Source: Marinicella sp.
GTDB lineage: Bacteria; Pseudomonadota; Gammaproteobacteria; Xanthomonadales; Marinicellaceae
Length of the DNA: 64,000 nt
Assembly (NCBI GenBank): GCA_965230295.1
Contig: OZ246001.1
Coordinates: 2,496,001 to 2,560,000 of the forward strand
Reading direction: 5' to 3'
Below, one piece after another: positions 17,448 to 27,807 of the stretch; position 1 is the first letter of the stretch; every line of letters begins with the position of its first letter. The notes under the pieces are model-generated. The model did no database searches. It had not been told where the DNA came from and saw only the letters and a program-made list of their open reading frames with translations. Made by a program: the position numbers and the translations under genes.

Positions 17448-18002
17448 TCACTCTTTCATCATTGGCCAGGCGGCTCTTAAATAGACGTACATCGAATACA
17501 GGGTGAGGCCTGCGGCGATGTATAACAACACCAAACCAATGTTGTAGACCGGTAAAAACCACAAATCTGCTTCATACAACAGGAAGCCAATGGCCGTCAT
17601 TTGGAACACGGTTTTGATTTTTCCGACCATGGCGACATTGACAGCGCCACGTTCGCCCAGTTCTGCCATCCATTCACGCAGGGCTGAAATGGTGATTTCA
17701 CGACCAATGATGATGGCTGTGGCAATCATCATTAATATGGTAGGGTGGTCTTGCAACAGGATGATCAGTGCTGTGGTTACGGTTAATTTATCGGCAACAG
17801 GATCCAGGAAGGCGCCGAATTTTGAAAATGTTTTGTGTTTGCGTGCAAAGTAGCCATCCAGGAAATCGGTGATGCTGGCGGCCACAAATACCCAACATGC
17901 CACAAACCTAGACCACTCGAAAGGCAAGTAGAAAAATAAAATCATGACCGGAATCAAGATCATCCTGAGTATGGTCAAGGTATTAGGTAAATGCTTTGTC
18001 AT
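17448..18002 (-). CDS. pgsA: CDP-diacylglycerol--glycerol-3-phosphate 3-phosphatidyltransferase
   Basis: PN.LT..R and TDFLDGY.AR...FGAFLDPVADK; conserved pgsA-Gly-Cys-Leu tRNA synteny. Confidence 0.97.
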   Translation of the reverse strand: MTKHLPNTLTILRMILIPVMILFFYLPFEWSRFVACWVFVAASITDFLDGYFARKHKTFSKFGAFLDPVADKLTVTTALIILLQDHPTILMMIATAIIIGREITISALREWMAELGERGAVNVAMVGKIKTVFQMTAIGFLLYEADLWFLPVYNIGLVLLYIAAGLTLYSMYVYLRAAWPMMKE

Positions 18003-18123
18003 TTGGCTTCTGAACTTCTGATGGACCTATTTTAACCACCATTGGGCACCAGTGGGTCAACTATATAAAATAAAATGCAAATCAAAGTATAAAATCAATG
18101 GCATGAAAATATGAATTATTTTC

Positions 18124-18150
18124 CAACCAAATGACTGAGTTCACCGTCTA
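18124..18150 (+). promoter_or_regulatory. ECF-type promoter, probably leaderless and autoregulatory
   Basis: CAACC-16-CGTCTA ending 6 nt before the ATG of the ECF gene; no SD. Confidence 0.6.
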
Positions 18151-18156
18151 TGTAAT

Positions 18157-18687
18157 ATGAAATCTGAAAAGGTATACATAGAGTATTTGTTGTTGCAGGC
18201 TCAACAGGGTGATCAACATGCAGGCGAAGATTTATTGATCTTGTTACAGGTCAAAATCAAAGCCTTTGTGTTGAAGTTCCTGGGTGGCTCGTCAGCTGTG
18301 GATGATTGTGTTCAGGAATCCTTGCTTAAAGTACATCACAAACTTAAACATTTAAGGGCAGTTAAAGCGGTTCATACCTGGATTTATCGCATTGCATATT
18401 CAACTTGTATGGATCAGCTGCGCTCCCAGCCAAAAGCACCTGAACCCGTTGAAGAACCGAATGCGGATCTGTCTGCCTATGAACAGCAGTTGGATGTCAA
18501 TATAGCCATTGCAACTTTGAATGAAGAACAACAAGTGATCATTTACCTGTTTTATTACGAAGGTTTCACCGTGGCAGAGATGGCAGAGATATTAGCCAAA
18601 CCAGCAGGGACCGTTAAATACCTGCTGTTTACTGCAAGAGATCAAATTAAACAAAAGCTACAGCAGGAGTCAAACCATGAACATTGA
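18157..18687 (+). CDS. ECF sigma factor
   Basis: DDCVQE, WIYRIA, LFYYEG....EMA.IL..P.GTVK..LF.AR. Confidence 0.92.
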   Translation: MKSEKVYIEYLLLQAQQGDQHAGEDLLILLQVKIKAFVLKFLGGSSAVDDCVQESLLKVHHKLKHLRAVKAVHTWIYRIAYSTCMDQLRSQPKAPEPVEEPNADLSAYEQQLDVNIAIATLNEEQQVIIYLFYYEGFTVAEMAEILAKPAGTVKYLLFTARDQIKQKLQQESNHEH

Positions 18688-19054
18688 TCAACAAATCAAA
18701 CAGGCCTTGGATGAAGAATTAAAAGGCATAAAATCAGAAAATGACCGGATTGACAGCAACCCATTCAAGCAAATGAAAGCCAGTTTCAGTGGCAAAATGG
18801 GCTGGATGTATGGATTGGTCATCTTTGTTTCATCCTTATTTTTTGTCGGGTTGCTTTATTGTGCCTACCAGTTTTACCATGCCCAAGAGGTCAAAGCCTT
18901 AATCAGTTGGGGCATAGGAATCATTGTATTGGCCTTATTCACCCAAATCAGCAAAATGTGGTACTGGACCGAGATGGGGCACAACCGTGTGATTCGAGAA
19001 GTCAAAGTCCTGGAATTACAAGTAGCCAGGATGCATGAAAAGCTCAATCGTTGA
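18677..19054 (+). CDS. DUF6768-like membrane protein (putative anti-sigma factor)
   Basis: Overlaps the ECF gene; two TMs; KMWYW.EM...V.REVK.LELQVA. Confidence 0.7.
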   Translation: MNIDQQIKQALDEELKGIKSENDRIDSNPFKQMKASFSGKMGWMYGLVIFVSSLFFVGLLYCAYQFYHAQEVKALISWGIGIIVLALFTQISKMWYWTEMGHNRVIREVKVLELQVARMHEKLNR

Positions 19055-19070
19055 TTGACCTTACATTGCT

Positions 19071-20888
19071 CTACAACAAAGAACCCACAATCACAAACTC
19101 GACTGAGGTGGGTTCTTTGATGTTATTGGCGGTGATTTCCGCCTGGTGGTAGTCACAAATCAATTTAGCAATGTACAAGCCCAACCCCAGATGTGGTTCA
19201 TCATTGTTACGGGCTCTGAATGAAGTCAAGGAATCAAACAGTTGATGCAGTTTGTCACCGGGTATTTGAGAACCGGTGTTGATGACTTTGAGGATGTATT
19301 GTTTGTCCTTCTCATGTAGTTCGAGTGTGATCTCATCGTCATCTTGGGTGAAATCCAAAGCATTTTGAACCAACTTATCAATCATTTGTGCTTTCAGTTC
19401 CTGGGAGCCTCTGATGTTTATGGCTTGGCAGTTTTTGACATATTTGATGTTGTTGGCTTGAGATTGGTAACCTTTCACCAAGTCATCAATCAATTGGTTC
19501 AGATCAAAGGTTTCTTTGTCGGTCTCGGCGATCACTTGTTTCAATTGGCTCAGTGCACTGAGTTGATTGAGGATGAATTTAAGTCGGTGGTTGGCATCCA
19601 ATGCCCGTTTAACAAATTCATTATCGGCCTGCTCCATTTGTAAATTTTCTAACGAAGTGTGAACGATGCTGATCGGGGTTTTCATTTCATGTGACAAGCG
19701 ACTGCCCAGTTGCTTCAGATATTCTGTGTAATCATTGATTTGACTCAGCAGGGAACTCATACCTCTGGATAAATCACCGATTTCATCTTTGGCATGGCTT
19801 GAAGGTAAAGTGGTGTGGATGTGCCCTTGTTCGTCCAGCACGCTTTGTAGGTTTTTGTTCAGGCGACGAATGCGCCAGGCCAATACCAAAGCATAAATGA
19901 AATATCCGACCAATAAGGTCAGGGCAATGCCCAATATCCACAACACTGAACGGATAAACGTTTGTATCAACGTTTGTTGAGCTGCATTGTGCCTGACGGT
20001 CAGCTCGATGTGACCCGCATCAAAGGCTTGTTGCACCCGCTGACCAAAAAAATGGCTGCCATCGGCTTGGTTTTGATCAAATGCGAGTTCATAAATGACC
20101 TCTGTCAACCAATCAGATTCCTCGGTGTCAGCTTGGTGGTTGGCGCTGTGGTAATAAACCCTGCTTTGCGGGTCTTTTAAGGTGATTTCTCCATCTTCCG
20201 GAGTGATTTGTTGTAAAAAAGCTTGCCAGTTTTCTAAGGGACTGAATAACGGTTGCAATTGAATTTGGCCATTGCTGGTGTGGCCAAACTGAACGAACGA
20301 ATCTGCAGTGGCATGGTTTATGGCTACCAGTCCCAAGCGTGTCAGTTCAGGCACGGCCAACAGCATTTCAACCTGGTAGCCATTGGCGGTTTCATGCCAA
20401 TAAGCCTGGTATGGCGAGTTGCTGAATGCTGTACTGACTGTGCCTTCAGCTTGTCTGTTGATGATGTATTTGTTGATGCCCCGTGATTCACCAGTGGTCA
20501 ATATGAAGCGATCCGCATCAGCGTTTGGGTTGATAAAGGGGCTGTCATCGACCACCTCAATAAATAGGTGAAACAGATCTTGGTGGCTGCCGAGTTTAAA
20601 CCGCAAGCGGTGATCAACATGATACCAAGGGATGTTGCTCCATTCAGCCGGGTTGCCATCAATGGCCACATCATTGCTTAACTCAGTGGCCACCAACCCA
20701 TCCAGTTCGCCCGAACGGTCTTGCTTGTACTGTTGGACGGCATTGACGATCACTTGTGCTTGTTTGCCAGCGGCATTGAGCATGTTGTCCTGAAAAGTTT
20801 GGTTCAAGGATTTGAATGCCTGCCAGACCACCCATGGAAAACTCAATGAGAGTATGGCAATGATGCCAATTTGCCACTTAAGTTTCAT
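19071..20888 (-). CDS. Sensor histidine kinase, PdsS-like
   Basis: TM-periplasmic-TM-HAMP (DEIGDLSR), H-box LSHEMKTP, EPHLGLGLYI; coupled to pdsR. Confidence 0.85.
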   Translation of the reverse strand: MKLKWQIGIIAILSLSFPWVVWQAFKSLNQTFQDNMLNAAGKQAQVIVNAVQQYKQDRSGELDGLVATELSNDVAIDGNPAEWSNIPWYHVDHRLRFKLGSHQDLFHLFIEVVDDSPFINPNADADRFILTTGESRGINKYIINRQAEGTVSTAFSNSPYQAYWHETANGYQVEMLLAVPELTRLGLVAINHATADSFVQFGHTSNGQIQLQPLFSPLENWQAFLQQITPEDGEITLKDPQSRVYYHSANHQADTEESDWLTEVIYELAFDQNQADGSHFFGQRVQQAFDAGHIELTVRHNAAQQTLIQTFIRSVLWILGIALTLLVGYFIYALVLAWRIRRLNKNLQSVLDEQGHIHTTLPSSHAKDEIGDLSRGMSSLLSQINDYTEYLKQLGSRLSHEMKTPISIVHTSLENLQMEQADNEFVKRALDANHRLKFILNQLSALSQLKQVIAETDKETFDLNQLIDDLVKGYQSQANNIKYVKNCQAINIRGSQELKAQMIDKLVQNALDFTQDDDEITLELHEKDKQYILKVINTGSQIPGDKLHQLFDSLTSFRARNNDEPHLGLGLYIAKLICDYHQAEITANNIKEPTSVEFVIVGSLL

Positions 20889-21574
20889 GGTTTCCAGCGA
20901 TAGCCCATGCCGTGAACGGTGTCAATTTGGTCAAAATTTGGATCAGATTTTTGGAATTTTTTACGGATTCGCTTGATGTGTGAAGTGATGGTGCTGTCAT
21001 CGACAAACACATTGGCATCTTGCATCAACTGATCTCTGGTCTTAACCTGGCCGGGGTAGCGGGCCAATGATTGCACCATCCAGAATTCAGTGACAGTGAG
21101 GTCAATCAGGTTTTTTTGCCAGAATATTTGTAAGTTGTCGATTTTGATCATCAAATCACCTTGTTCAATCGCTGCATCAGTGGCCCCAGTCTGCGAGGCC
21201 TCTTGGCGTCTGAACAAACTGGCAATTCGTGCCAGTAAATGTGGCATTGATATGTCCTTGCTTAAGTAGTCATCGGCACCCAATCGTAAGCCTGAGACCA
21301 CATCAATTTCATCGTCTCTGGCGGTGAGCATCAATACGGGCAAGGTGGCCGACTGTTGGCGTAACATTTGGCATAAATGAAATCCTGCATCGGGTTGGTG
21401 GCCCAGACCCACATCCAATATCACCAGATCTGGCAAGGATTGAGTGAAGTAGGCTTCGGCAGAGGCCTGATCGCTGATGCCTTTGGTTTGGTAGCCTTGT
21501 TTTTCTAAAGTGGCTTGGTAGTTGGCAAGTAAGTCGGCCTCATCTTCTACGATCACTATTTGTTTTGCTTTCAT
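20885..21574 (-). CDS. pdsR: Proteobacterial dedicated sortase system response regulator (OmpR family)
   Basis: GLRLGADDYLSKDISMPHLLARI, LTVTEFWMV and VDDSTITSHIKRIRKKF. Confidence 0.85.
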   Translation of the reverse strand: MKAKQIVIVEDEADLLANYQATLEKQGYQTKGISDQASAEAYFTQSLPDLVILDVGLGHQPDAGFHLCQMLRQQSATLPVLMLTARDDEIDVVSGLRLGADDYLSKDISMPHLLARIASLFRRQEASQTGATDAAIEQGDLMIKIDNLQIFWQKNLIDLTVTEFWMVQSLARYPGQVKTRDQLMQDANVFVDDSTITSHIKRIRKKFQKSDPNFDQIDTVHGMGYRWKP

Positions 21575-21770
21575 GTTGTGTTGGTTTTTATTGAGAAAAG
21601 TAAATTATTTATAACTTTAGTGGTCAAACATTCGATTCTGTGGCAATCATTGTATAATGTTCTCCCATCAATTTAAATCAATGCATGGTGGTTAGGATAA
21701 TTTTGCTTGCTGTTGCATTTGATTGAATAAACTTACCTATTGAGCGATTATCTGGAGTCACTGACTGAGC

Positions 21771-24254
21771 ATGAGGAAGTTCTTAAAATTTATCTGGTTT
21801 ATGACCAAGTTGGGCCTGTTTTTTGCGGTGCTTGGGGTGGTGTTGATTTATGCCTTGTATAAACATTATGAGCCAGAATTACCATCAGTTGATGCCATTA
21901 AAGAGTATCGCCTACAGGTACCTTTGCGGGTTTTTACCGAGGATGGTAAGCTGATATCCGTATTTGGTACCAAAAAACGCATCCCCGTTTCCATTGATGA
22001 AATTCCGCTGCAAGTCAAGCAAGCTTATATCGCGGCTGAAGATGCCAGCTTTTATTCTCACCCAGGGTTTGACATCAAAGGCATCATGCGTGCAGTGTGG
22101 CAAATAGTGACCACCGGGAAAAAGCAGGGCGGTGGTTCAACCATCACCCAACAACTGACTCGAAATGTGTTTTTGACCTTGGATCAAACCTGGACTCGAA
22201 AAATAAAAGAATTGTTTTTAGCCGTTAAATTAGAACGCACCATTTCGAAAGATGAAATCCTCGAGCTGTACCTGAATAAAATTGCTTTGGGGCATCGGTC
22301 ATACGGCGTTGCCGCTGCTGCTGAAGTGTATTATGGCAAGACATTGGATGAGTTAACTTTGGCCCAAGCTGCCATGTTGGCTGCACCACCCAAAGCACCT
22401 TCACGCATCAATCCTGTCACCAGCCCGGAACGGGCCTTACAACGCCGGGATTATGTATTAGGCCGAATGCTGGATTTGGGCTTTATTACCCAACAACAGC
22501 ATGACGAAGCGGTGGCAGAAGAAGATGAAGCCTATGTTCATGAACCTGTGGTTGAGGTCAATGCACCCTGGGTGGCAGAAATGGTTCGTACCCAAATGAT
22601 TGAACAGTATGGTGATGATGCCTATACCGATGGTTACAATGTGGTCACCACCATCCATTCAGAAAAGCAACTGGCTGCAGAGGCGGCTTTACAAGCGGGC
22701 TTGCATGCTTATGACCGCCGTCATGGTTACCGTGGTCCGATTGAACAATATGATTTGAGTCAGATTCTTGCCTCTGAATCTGTGGCAGAAGCTTCTGCAT
22801 CAGGTGAAATTCAAAATCTGGAAACCATCACTGAAGCATTGAATGGTTTTCCCAAGCCTGCAGGTTTACAAGCAGCATTGGTGCTTGAAGTGGATGAAGC
22901 CAATGCTGTAGCTAGATTGGGTGACGGGCAGGATGTGGCTCTGAATTTTGAGACCAGTCAATGGGCTGTGCCATACATCGACAACTACAAAGTGGGCAAT
23001 AAGCCAAAAGATTTGACTGAAATCTTGAAAGTGGGTGATGTGGTGATGGTCAAGCGTGGTGAGACTGGCGAATTCGAACTCAGCCAAATTCCCAGTGTGC
23101 AAGGGGCGCTGGTCAGTATGCACCCTGATGATGGCAGTATCTATGCACTGGTCGGTGGTTTCGATTATTACCTGAGTAAGTTCAACCGGGCCACACAGGC
23201 CAAAAGGCAACCAGGTTCTGGCTTTAAGCCGATTGTGTATTCAGGTGCCCTGGAACATGGATTGCATGCGTCCAGTATCATCAATGATGCCCCGATCGTC
23301 TTTGAAGACGATCAACTGGAGCGCACTTGGCGACCTGAGAATTACAGTGAGAAATTTTTTGGTCCAACTCGGCTGCGGGAAGGTATTGTCAGTTCCAGAA
23401 ATTTAGTTTCGATCCGGGTTTTGCGTCAGATTGGCATCCGCAATGGCAGGAACCACATCTTGAATTTCGGTTTCAACCCTGATGATGTGCCTGCAGACTT
23501 GTCCATCGCATTGGGCAGTCCCAATGTGCCCATTGTCGACATGAGCAGGGCCTTTTCTGTGTTTGCCAATGGTGGCTATTTGATCGAGCCTCATTTAATC
23601 AAAAGCATCACCAACCAGGCGGGTGATACCGTCTACCGTTATCAGGGCGTTCAAGTTTGTCCTGGTTGTGATCAAAATCAAGTCAATACAACTGATGAAT
23701 CGGGTGAATTTACCGGTGACTTAAGTGTTGAAAACACAGATTGGACCACACCCATTGATCCGGAAGCGCCACTGCCCATCAAGCCTGCACCTCAAGTGAT
23801 TCCACCGGAAAACCAATTCATCATAGAATCATTCATGCAAGATGTGGTTAAACGCGGAACCGGGACCAAAGCACTGGTGCTTGAACGCAGTGACTTGGCA
23901 GGAAAAACCGGTACCACCAATGATCAAATGGATGGCTGGTTTAATGGTTACCAACGCAATGTAGTGACCAATGTGTGGGTGGGTTTTGATACCCCGCAGC
24001 CCATGGGTCGTGGAGAAGTGGGTGGTCGAGTGGCTTTGCCCATCTGGATTGATTATATGCGGGTTGCCTTGGCCGATGAGCCCATCTACCAAAGACCGGT
24101 ACCTCCAGGATTGATTTCCGCTAAAGTGAACCGCACCACCGGTAAGCTTTTGCAGCCAGGAGACACCAATGGCTTACTGGAATACTTCAAAGTGGGTCAT
24201 TTGCCAGAAGATGATAAAACCGAGGAAGACGTTGATTACGACGACCTGTTCTGA
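21771..24254 (+). CDS. mrcA: Penicillin-binding protein 1A
   Basis: Transglycosylase motifs (AED..F..H.G, GGSTITQQ, RKIKE) and transpeptidase SGFK, SRN, KTG. Confidence 0.97.
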   Translation: MRKFLKFIWFMTKLGLFFAVLGVVLIYALYKHYEPELPSVDAIKEYRLQVPLRVFTEDGKLISVFGTKKRIPVSIDEIPLQVKQAYIAAEDASFYSHPGFDIKGIMRAVWQIVTTGKKQGGGSTITQQLTRNVFLTLDQTWTRKIKELFLAVKLERTISKDEILELYLNKIALGHRSYGVAAAAEVYYGKTLDELTLAQAAMLAAPPKAPSRINPVTSPERALQRRDYVLGRMLDLGFITQQQHDEAVAEEDEAYVHEPVVEVNAPWVAEMVRTQMIEQYGDDAYTDGYNVVTTIHSEKQLAAEAALQAGLHAYDRRHGYRGPIEQYDLSQILASESVAEASASGEIQNLETITEALNGFPKPAGLQAALVLEVDEANAVARLGDGQDVALNFETSQWAVPYIDNYKVGNKPKDLTEILKVGDVVMVKRGETGEFELSQIPSVQGALVSMHPDDGSIYALVGGFDYYLSKFNRATQAKRQPGSGFKPIVYSGALEHGLHASSIINDAPIVFEDDQLERTWRPENYSEKFFGPTRLREGIVSSRNLVSIRVLRQIGIRNGRNHILNFGFNPDDVPADLSIALGSPNVPIVDMSRAFSVFANGGYLIEPHLIKSITNQAGDTVYRYQGVQVCPGCDQNQVNTTDESGEFTGDLSVENTDWTTPIDPEAPLPIKPAPQVIPPENQFIIESFMQDVVKRGTGTKALVLERSDLAGKTGTTNDQMDGWFNGYQRNVVTNVWVGFDTPQPMGRGEVGGRVALPIWIDYMRVALADEPIYQRPVPPGLISAKVNRTTGKLLQPGDTNGLLEYFKVGHLPEDDKTEEDVDYDDLF

Positions 24255-24368
24255 GTCCAATCAGGACAATCGAGTGACTGTAGGCTGAATGGCTGTTTTT
24301 CTGAAATACCAACCAGGCCTCAGAATTCATGTTTTCCAAGTGGTAGAATAGACATCAATAAGTATTGT

Positions 24369-24941
24369 GTGTCTGTGATGTCAATGGGTCAAATAACAAC
24401 ATTATTGAATCAAGCCAGCTTGGGTGATAAGCAGGTGCTCAATGACGTTTATGCATTACTGTATTCTGAAATCAAGGCCATTGCAGGCTTTCAACTGCAA
24501 CAACTGAATACAGGTCAGACCATTACACCCACCGTTTTGGCTCATGAATGTTACATCAAACTGTCACAAGCGGAAAACATTCCCATTGAAAACAAACGGC
24601 ATTTTTTGAACTGTTTGGCCAAAACCATGCGCATGTATTTGATTGATGCTTTGCGCGCCAAATCAAGTCAAAAGCGCAAAGGCCAAATGGCAGGTGGCAT
24701 CACTGAATGTGTGGGCGATGATGACGTGTCTTTCAGGTTGTTAGAGATTGATTTGATCTTGGATCAAATAGCTGAAATCGATGAAAAATTGGCTGAAATT
24801 CTACAGCATAAAATTATTTTCAATTTAACTTTCAAAGAAATGGCAGTGGTGATGTCATTGTCTGAACGTCAAGTCATGCGGTTGTGGAAGCAGGGCAAGG
24901 CTTTGTTGATGGCGATGCTGCAGGAAAAAAGTGATGACTGA
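24369..24941 (+). CDS. Kinase-associated ECF sigma factor (EcfK/TIGR02999-like)
   Basis: LY.EI..IA, TITPTVLAHECY (cf. TLQPTALVHEAY), LIDALR....KR; overlaps the kinase gene. Confidence 0.85.
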   Translation: MSVMSMGQITTLLNQASLGDKQVLNDVYALLYSEIKAIAGFQLQQLNTGQTITPTVLAHECYIKLSQAENIPIENKRHFLNCLAKTMRMYLIDALRAKSSQKRKGQMAGGITECVGDDDVSFRLLEIDLILDQIAEIDEKLAEILQHKIIFNLTFKEMAVVMSLSERQVMRLWKQGKALLMAMLQEKSDD

Positions 24942-27807
24942 AATAAACCTAGAGTTATGGAAGCAGGCCAATCGGGTTTACGCCCAATTGATGGACCTCA
25001 CCGTTTCTGACGCTTTGTCTCAATTGAGCCAAATGGAATCACTGGATGATGAGGTCAAAAGCCTCATTTTGACACTGATCAGTTCAGGCAACCAACCCAG
25101 TCAATATTTTAAGCAACACATCAGTGCCAATTTTCAGTTGGATGAGTGGTTGGAAAAAGATTTCAAAATAGGTGAAGAGGTCGGCGGCTATGAACTGCTG
25201 GAAGAGCTGGGTGTCGGCGGGATGGCCAAAGTCTATAAAGCCCGAAAACTCGATGTTGATTCTCAAAAACTGGTGGCAATGAAGCTGTTCAATCATCAAG
25301 CCTTGTCATCCATTATGGTGAACCGATTTGCAGTGGAACAGGACATTCTGGCTGGTTTAACCCACCCCAACATCGTCAACATGCACCATGGAGGTACCAG
25401 TAATCAGGGTGTGCCTTATATTGTCATGGAATTGATTGATCAAGCCACAGACATAGACAAGTATTCAAAAGCGAATAAAGCTTCTACTAAACAAAAGATC
25501 AGGTGGATCATAGATGCGGCCAGAGCGATTGCTTATGCCCACAATAACTTAATTGTTCATCGGGATATCAAGCCGTCTAATATTTTAATTGATGCTGCAG
25601 GGCAATTGAAAGTGGTTGATTTCGGTATCGCTAAATTAATAACCAAAGAAGAAGCGCCCCAGAAAACCACCATCATGGCTTTGACACCATCATTTGCGGC
25701 TCCGGAGCAGATCAATTCAGGAACCATATCTGTGACCACCGATGTGTTTTCTTTGGCAGCAGTGTGTTTGGCATTACTCATTGAAGAATTGCCGTTACCT
25801 GCTGATCGTTTGTTGAAATCATGCGCTGATGATGAGGTGCATATTTGGCAAACTTTGAAAAGCCAGATTAATGACAAAGACCTGCGCAATATATTGAATC
25901 AGGCACTGCAGCAAGACCCGCATAAACGATACAGGAACATGGATCTCTTTGCAGATGATCTTGATGCCTGGCTGGCAAAAAAACCTGTCATGGCTACACC
26001 GGATTCATGGGCATACAGAATCAATAAATTTGCCAAACGAAGAAGTGCCTTGTTTGCCACCATATTGACTTTGGTATTGACGCTGGCATTATCTGTGGTG
26101 GTGTTGTCATGGCAATACAACAAGACTGCAAAAGAAGCTCAAAAAGCACTTGAAGTTAAAAATTTCATGCTCAACGTGTTTTCTGTAACAAACCCCGATG
26201 AGAGCCAGGGTGAGTCAGTTTCTGCCCTTGATCTGTTACAACGTGCGAGGGTCGATATCGAATCTACCTACCAATCTGATCCAAAGTTAAAAGCTGAGTT
26301 GATGTTGGCCATCGGTACGGCTTTTTTCCACGTAGGGGACTGGCAGGAAGCACAGTCCATATTGGCTGAAGTCTATGCATTAGAGCCTGATAACATCGAA
26401 GCCGTATTGGCTTATGGTGAGGTTTTGGTGGCTTTGAAGCAGGCTTTGCAACTGGATGTCTTGATCAGTGCAAACGAATCTTTACTGAACCCTGAAATTG
26501 ATTCTCGATTTCAGGCGCGAACGCTGCGTTTGTTGGCAGCGCAAAAAATATTTTCAGGCGAGCTTGATCTGGCCTATGAATATTTGGAAAAAGGCAAACT
26601 GATTGATCTACAAAACCAGCAATACCCATCATTGATGGCTACAGTGACGGACATGGTTAAGTTGGCCTATGAGCAATCTGAATACAATCGAGGCATTCAG
26701 ATGGCAGAGCAGGCAATCGCCAGTTATGAACAACATTTTCCACCGTCCAGTACTGCCATCATGAAACTTAAAAATGAATTATCGGTGCTGTATACCAAAA
26801 CGGGTCAATTTGAAAAGTCACAACAGGTTCTGGAACAAATGCTTGAATTGGAACAACAATACTTAGGTGATGAGCATCCAGACACCATCAAGACCATGGT
26901 CAGTTTGTCAGAAAGTTATTATTCTCTTGGCCAACTGGAATTAGCCAGGGACATGGCAACCCAAGCTCATGAATCAACAGCAGCCAAATTTGGAGCCTCA
27001 CATCCTAAGGTGATTGAGGCTTTGAATGGCTTGGCAACTGTGGTTTTTGTGCAAGGGGATTATGAAGATGCATTAAATATCATGACCAAGGCCATAGCCA
27101 TCAGTGCAACAGCATTTGGCGAAGATCATTCAGATACGTTGATATTAAAACGAAATTATGCCACAGCATTGGGCGCATTGAGACGAAATGAAGAGGCCAA
27201 GGCCGTGTTGTTAGATGTGCTTGATAAACAGCGCGAAGCCTTGGGTGAAGATCACACAGAAACTTTGTATGCCAAGCTTTCAGTGGTGCGGGTGCTTGGT
27301 GACTTAGGTGAACATGATGAAGCTGTGAAGATGGGAAAAGAGGTCATGGCTACTTTTGCAGAGGACCCGGATCGAACCGGACCGATCAGATCCAATGCCA
27401 TGTACGCCATGGGCATGGCGTACTTCAACGCTGAAATGTTTGATCAAGCGATCAAGCAATTCAAAGCCATTGAAGAGCAAAACATTGAATCTGAGGAAAC
27501 AGCCAACTTCATGATTATGTGCAAAACACTGTCTCGCAGCTTCTTGGCTGTTAAAGACCACGTGCAGGCAGAATTTTATGCCAGAAGGGCATTGGTTTTG
27601 TCAGAAAAATTGTTTGGTGCGGATAACATCAGAACCACTAAAATGAAGCTGTTGCTCAGTCAAATTTTGCTTGATTCTGGACAAGTGGAATTGGCTGCAG
27701 AGTTGCTTGTTGAGGTCAGGGCTTTGGTGACTGCTGGTGAAGATCGTGACCGACAACAGATGTTATCCAGGGTCCAGGAGCTTGAGGCAAAAATCCAAAG
27801 TGAATGA
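24931..27807 (+). CDS. Membrane Ser/Thr protein kinase with C-terminal TPRs
   Basis: GVGGMAKVY, HRDIKPSN, DFG, APE; TM helix; LG.EHPDT-type TPR repeats. Confidence 0.95.
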   Translation: MMTEINLELWKQANRVYAQLMDLTVSDALSQLSQMESLDDEVKSLILTLISSGNQPSQYFKQHISANFQLDEWLEKDFKIGEEVGGYELLEELGVGGMAKVYKARKLDVDSQKLVAMKLFNHQALSSIMVNRFAVEQDILAGLTHPNIVNMHHGGTSNQGVPYIVMELIDQATDIDKYSKANKASTKQKIRWIIDAARAIAYAHNNLIVHRDIKPSNILIDAAGQLKVVDFGIAKLITKEEAPQKTTIMALTPSFAAPEQINSGTISVTTDVFSLAAVCLALLIEELPLPADRLLKSCADDEVHIWQTLKSQINDKDLRNILNQALQQDPHKRYRNMDLFADDLDAWLAKKPVMATPDSWAYRINKFAKRRSALFATILTLVLTLALSVVVLSWQYNKTAKEAQKALEVKNFMLNVFSVTNPDESQGESVSALDLLQRARVDIESTYQSDPKLKAELMLAIGTAFFHVGDWQEAQSILAEVYALEPDNIEAVLAYGEVLVALKQALQLDVLISANESLLNPEIDSRFQARTLRLLAAQKIFSGELDLAYEYLEKGKLIDLQNQQYPSLMATVTDMVKLAYEQSEYNRGIQMAEQAIASYEQHFPPSSTAIMKLKNELSVLYTKTGQFEKSQQVLEQMLELEQQYLGDEHPDTIKTMVSLSESYYSLGQLELARDMATQAHESTAAKFGASHPKVIEALNGLATVVFVQGDYEDALNIMTKAIAISATAFGEDHSDTLILKRNYATALGALRRNEEAKAVLLDVLDKQREALGEDHTETLYAKLSVVRVLGDLGEHDEAVKMGKEVMATFAEDPDRTGPIRSNAMYAMGMAYFNAEMFDQAIKQFKAIEEQNIESEETANFMIMCKTLSRSFLAVKDHVQAEFYARRALVLSEKLFGADNIRTTKMKLLLSQILLDSGQVELAAELLVEVRALVTAGEDRDRQQMLSRVQELEAKIQSE

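Noticed and set aside
16395-17562. ORFs 16395-16616, 16810-17112, 16895-17077, 17090-17506 and 17362-17562
   Set aside because: They overlap tRNA genes, REP-like DNA or pgsA; spurious.
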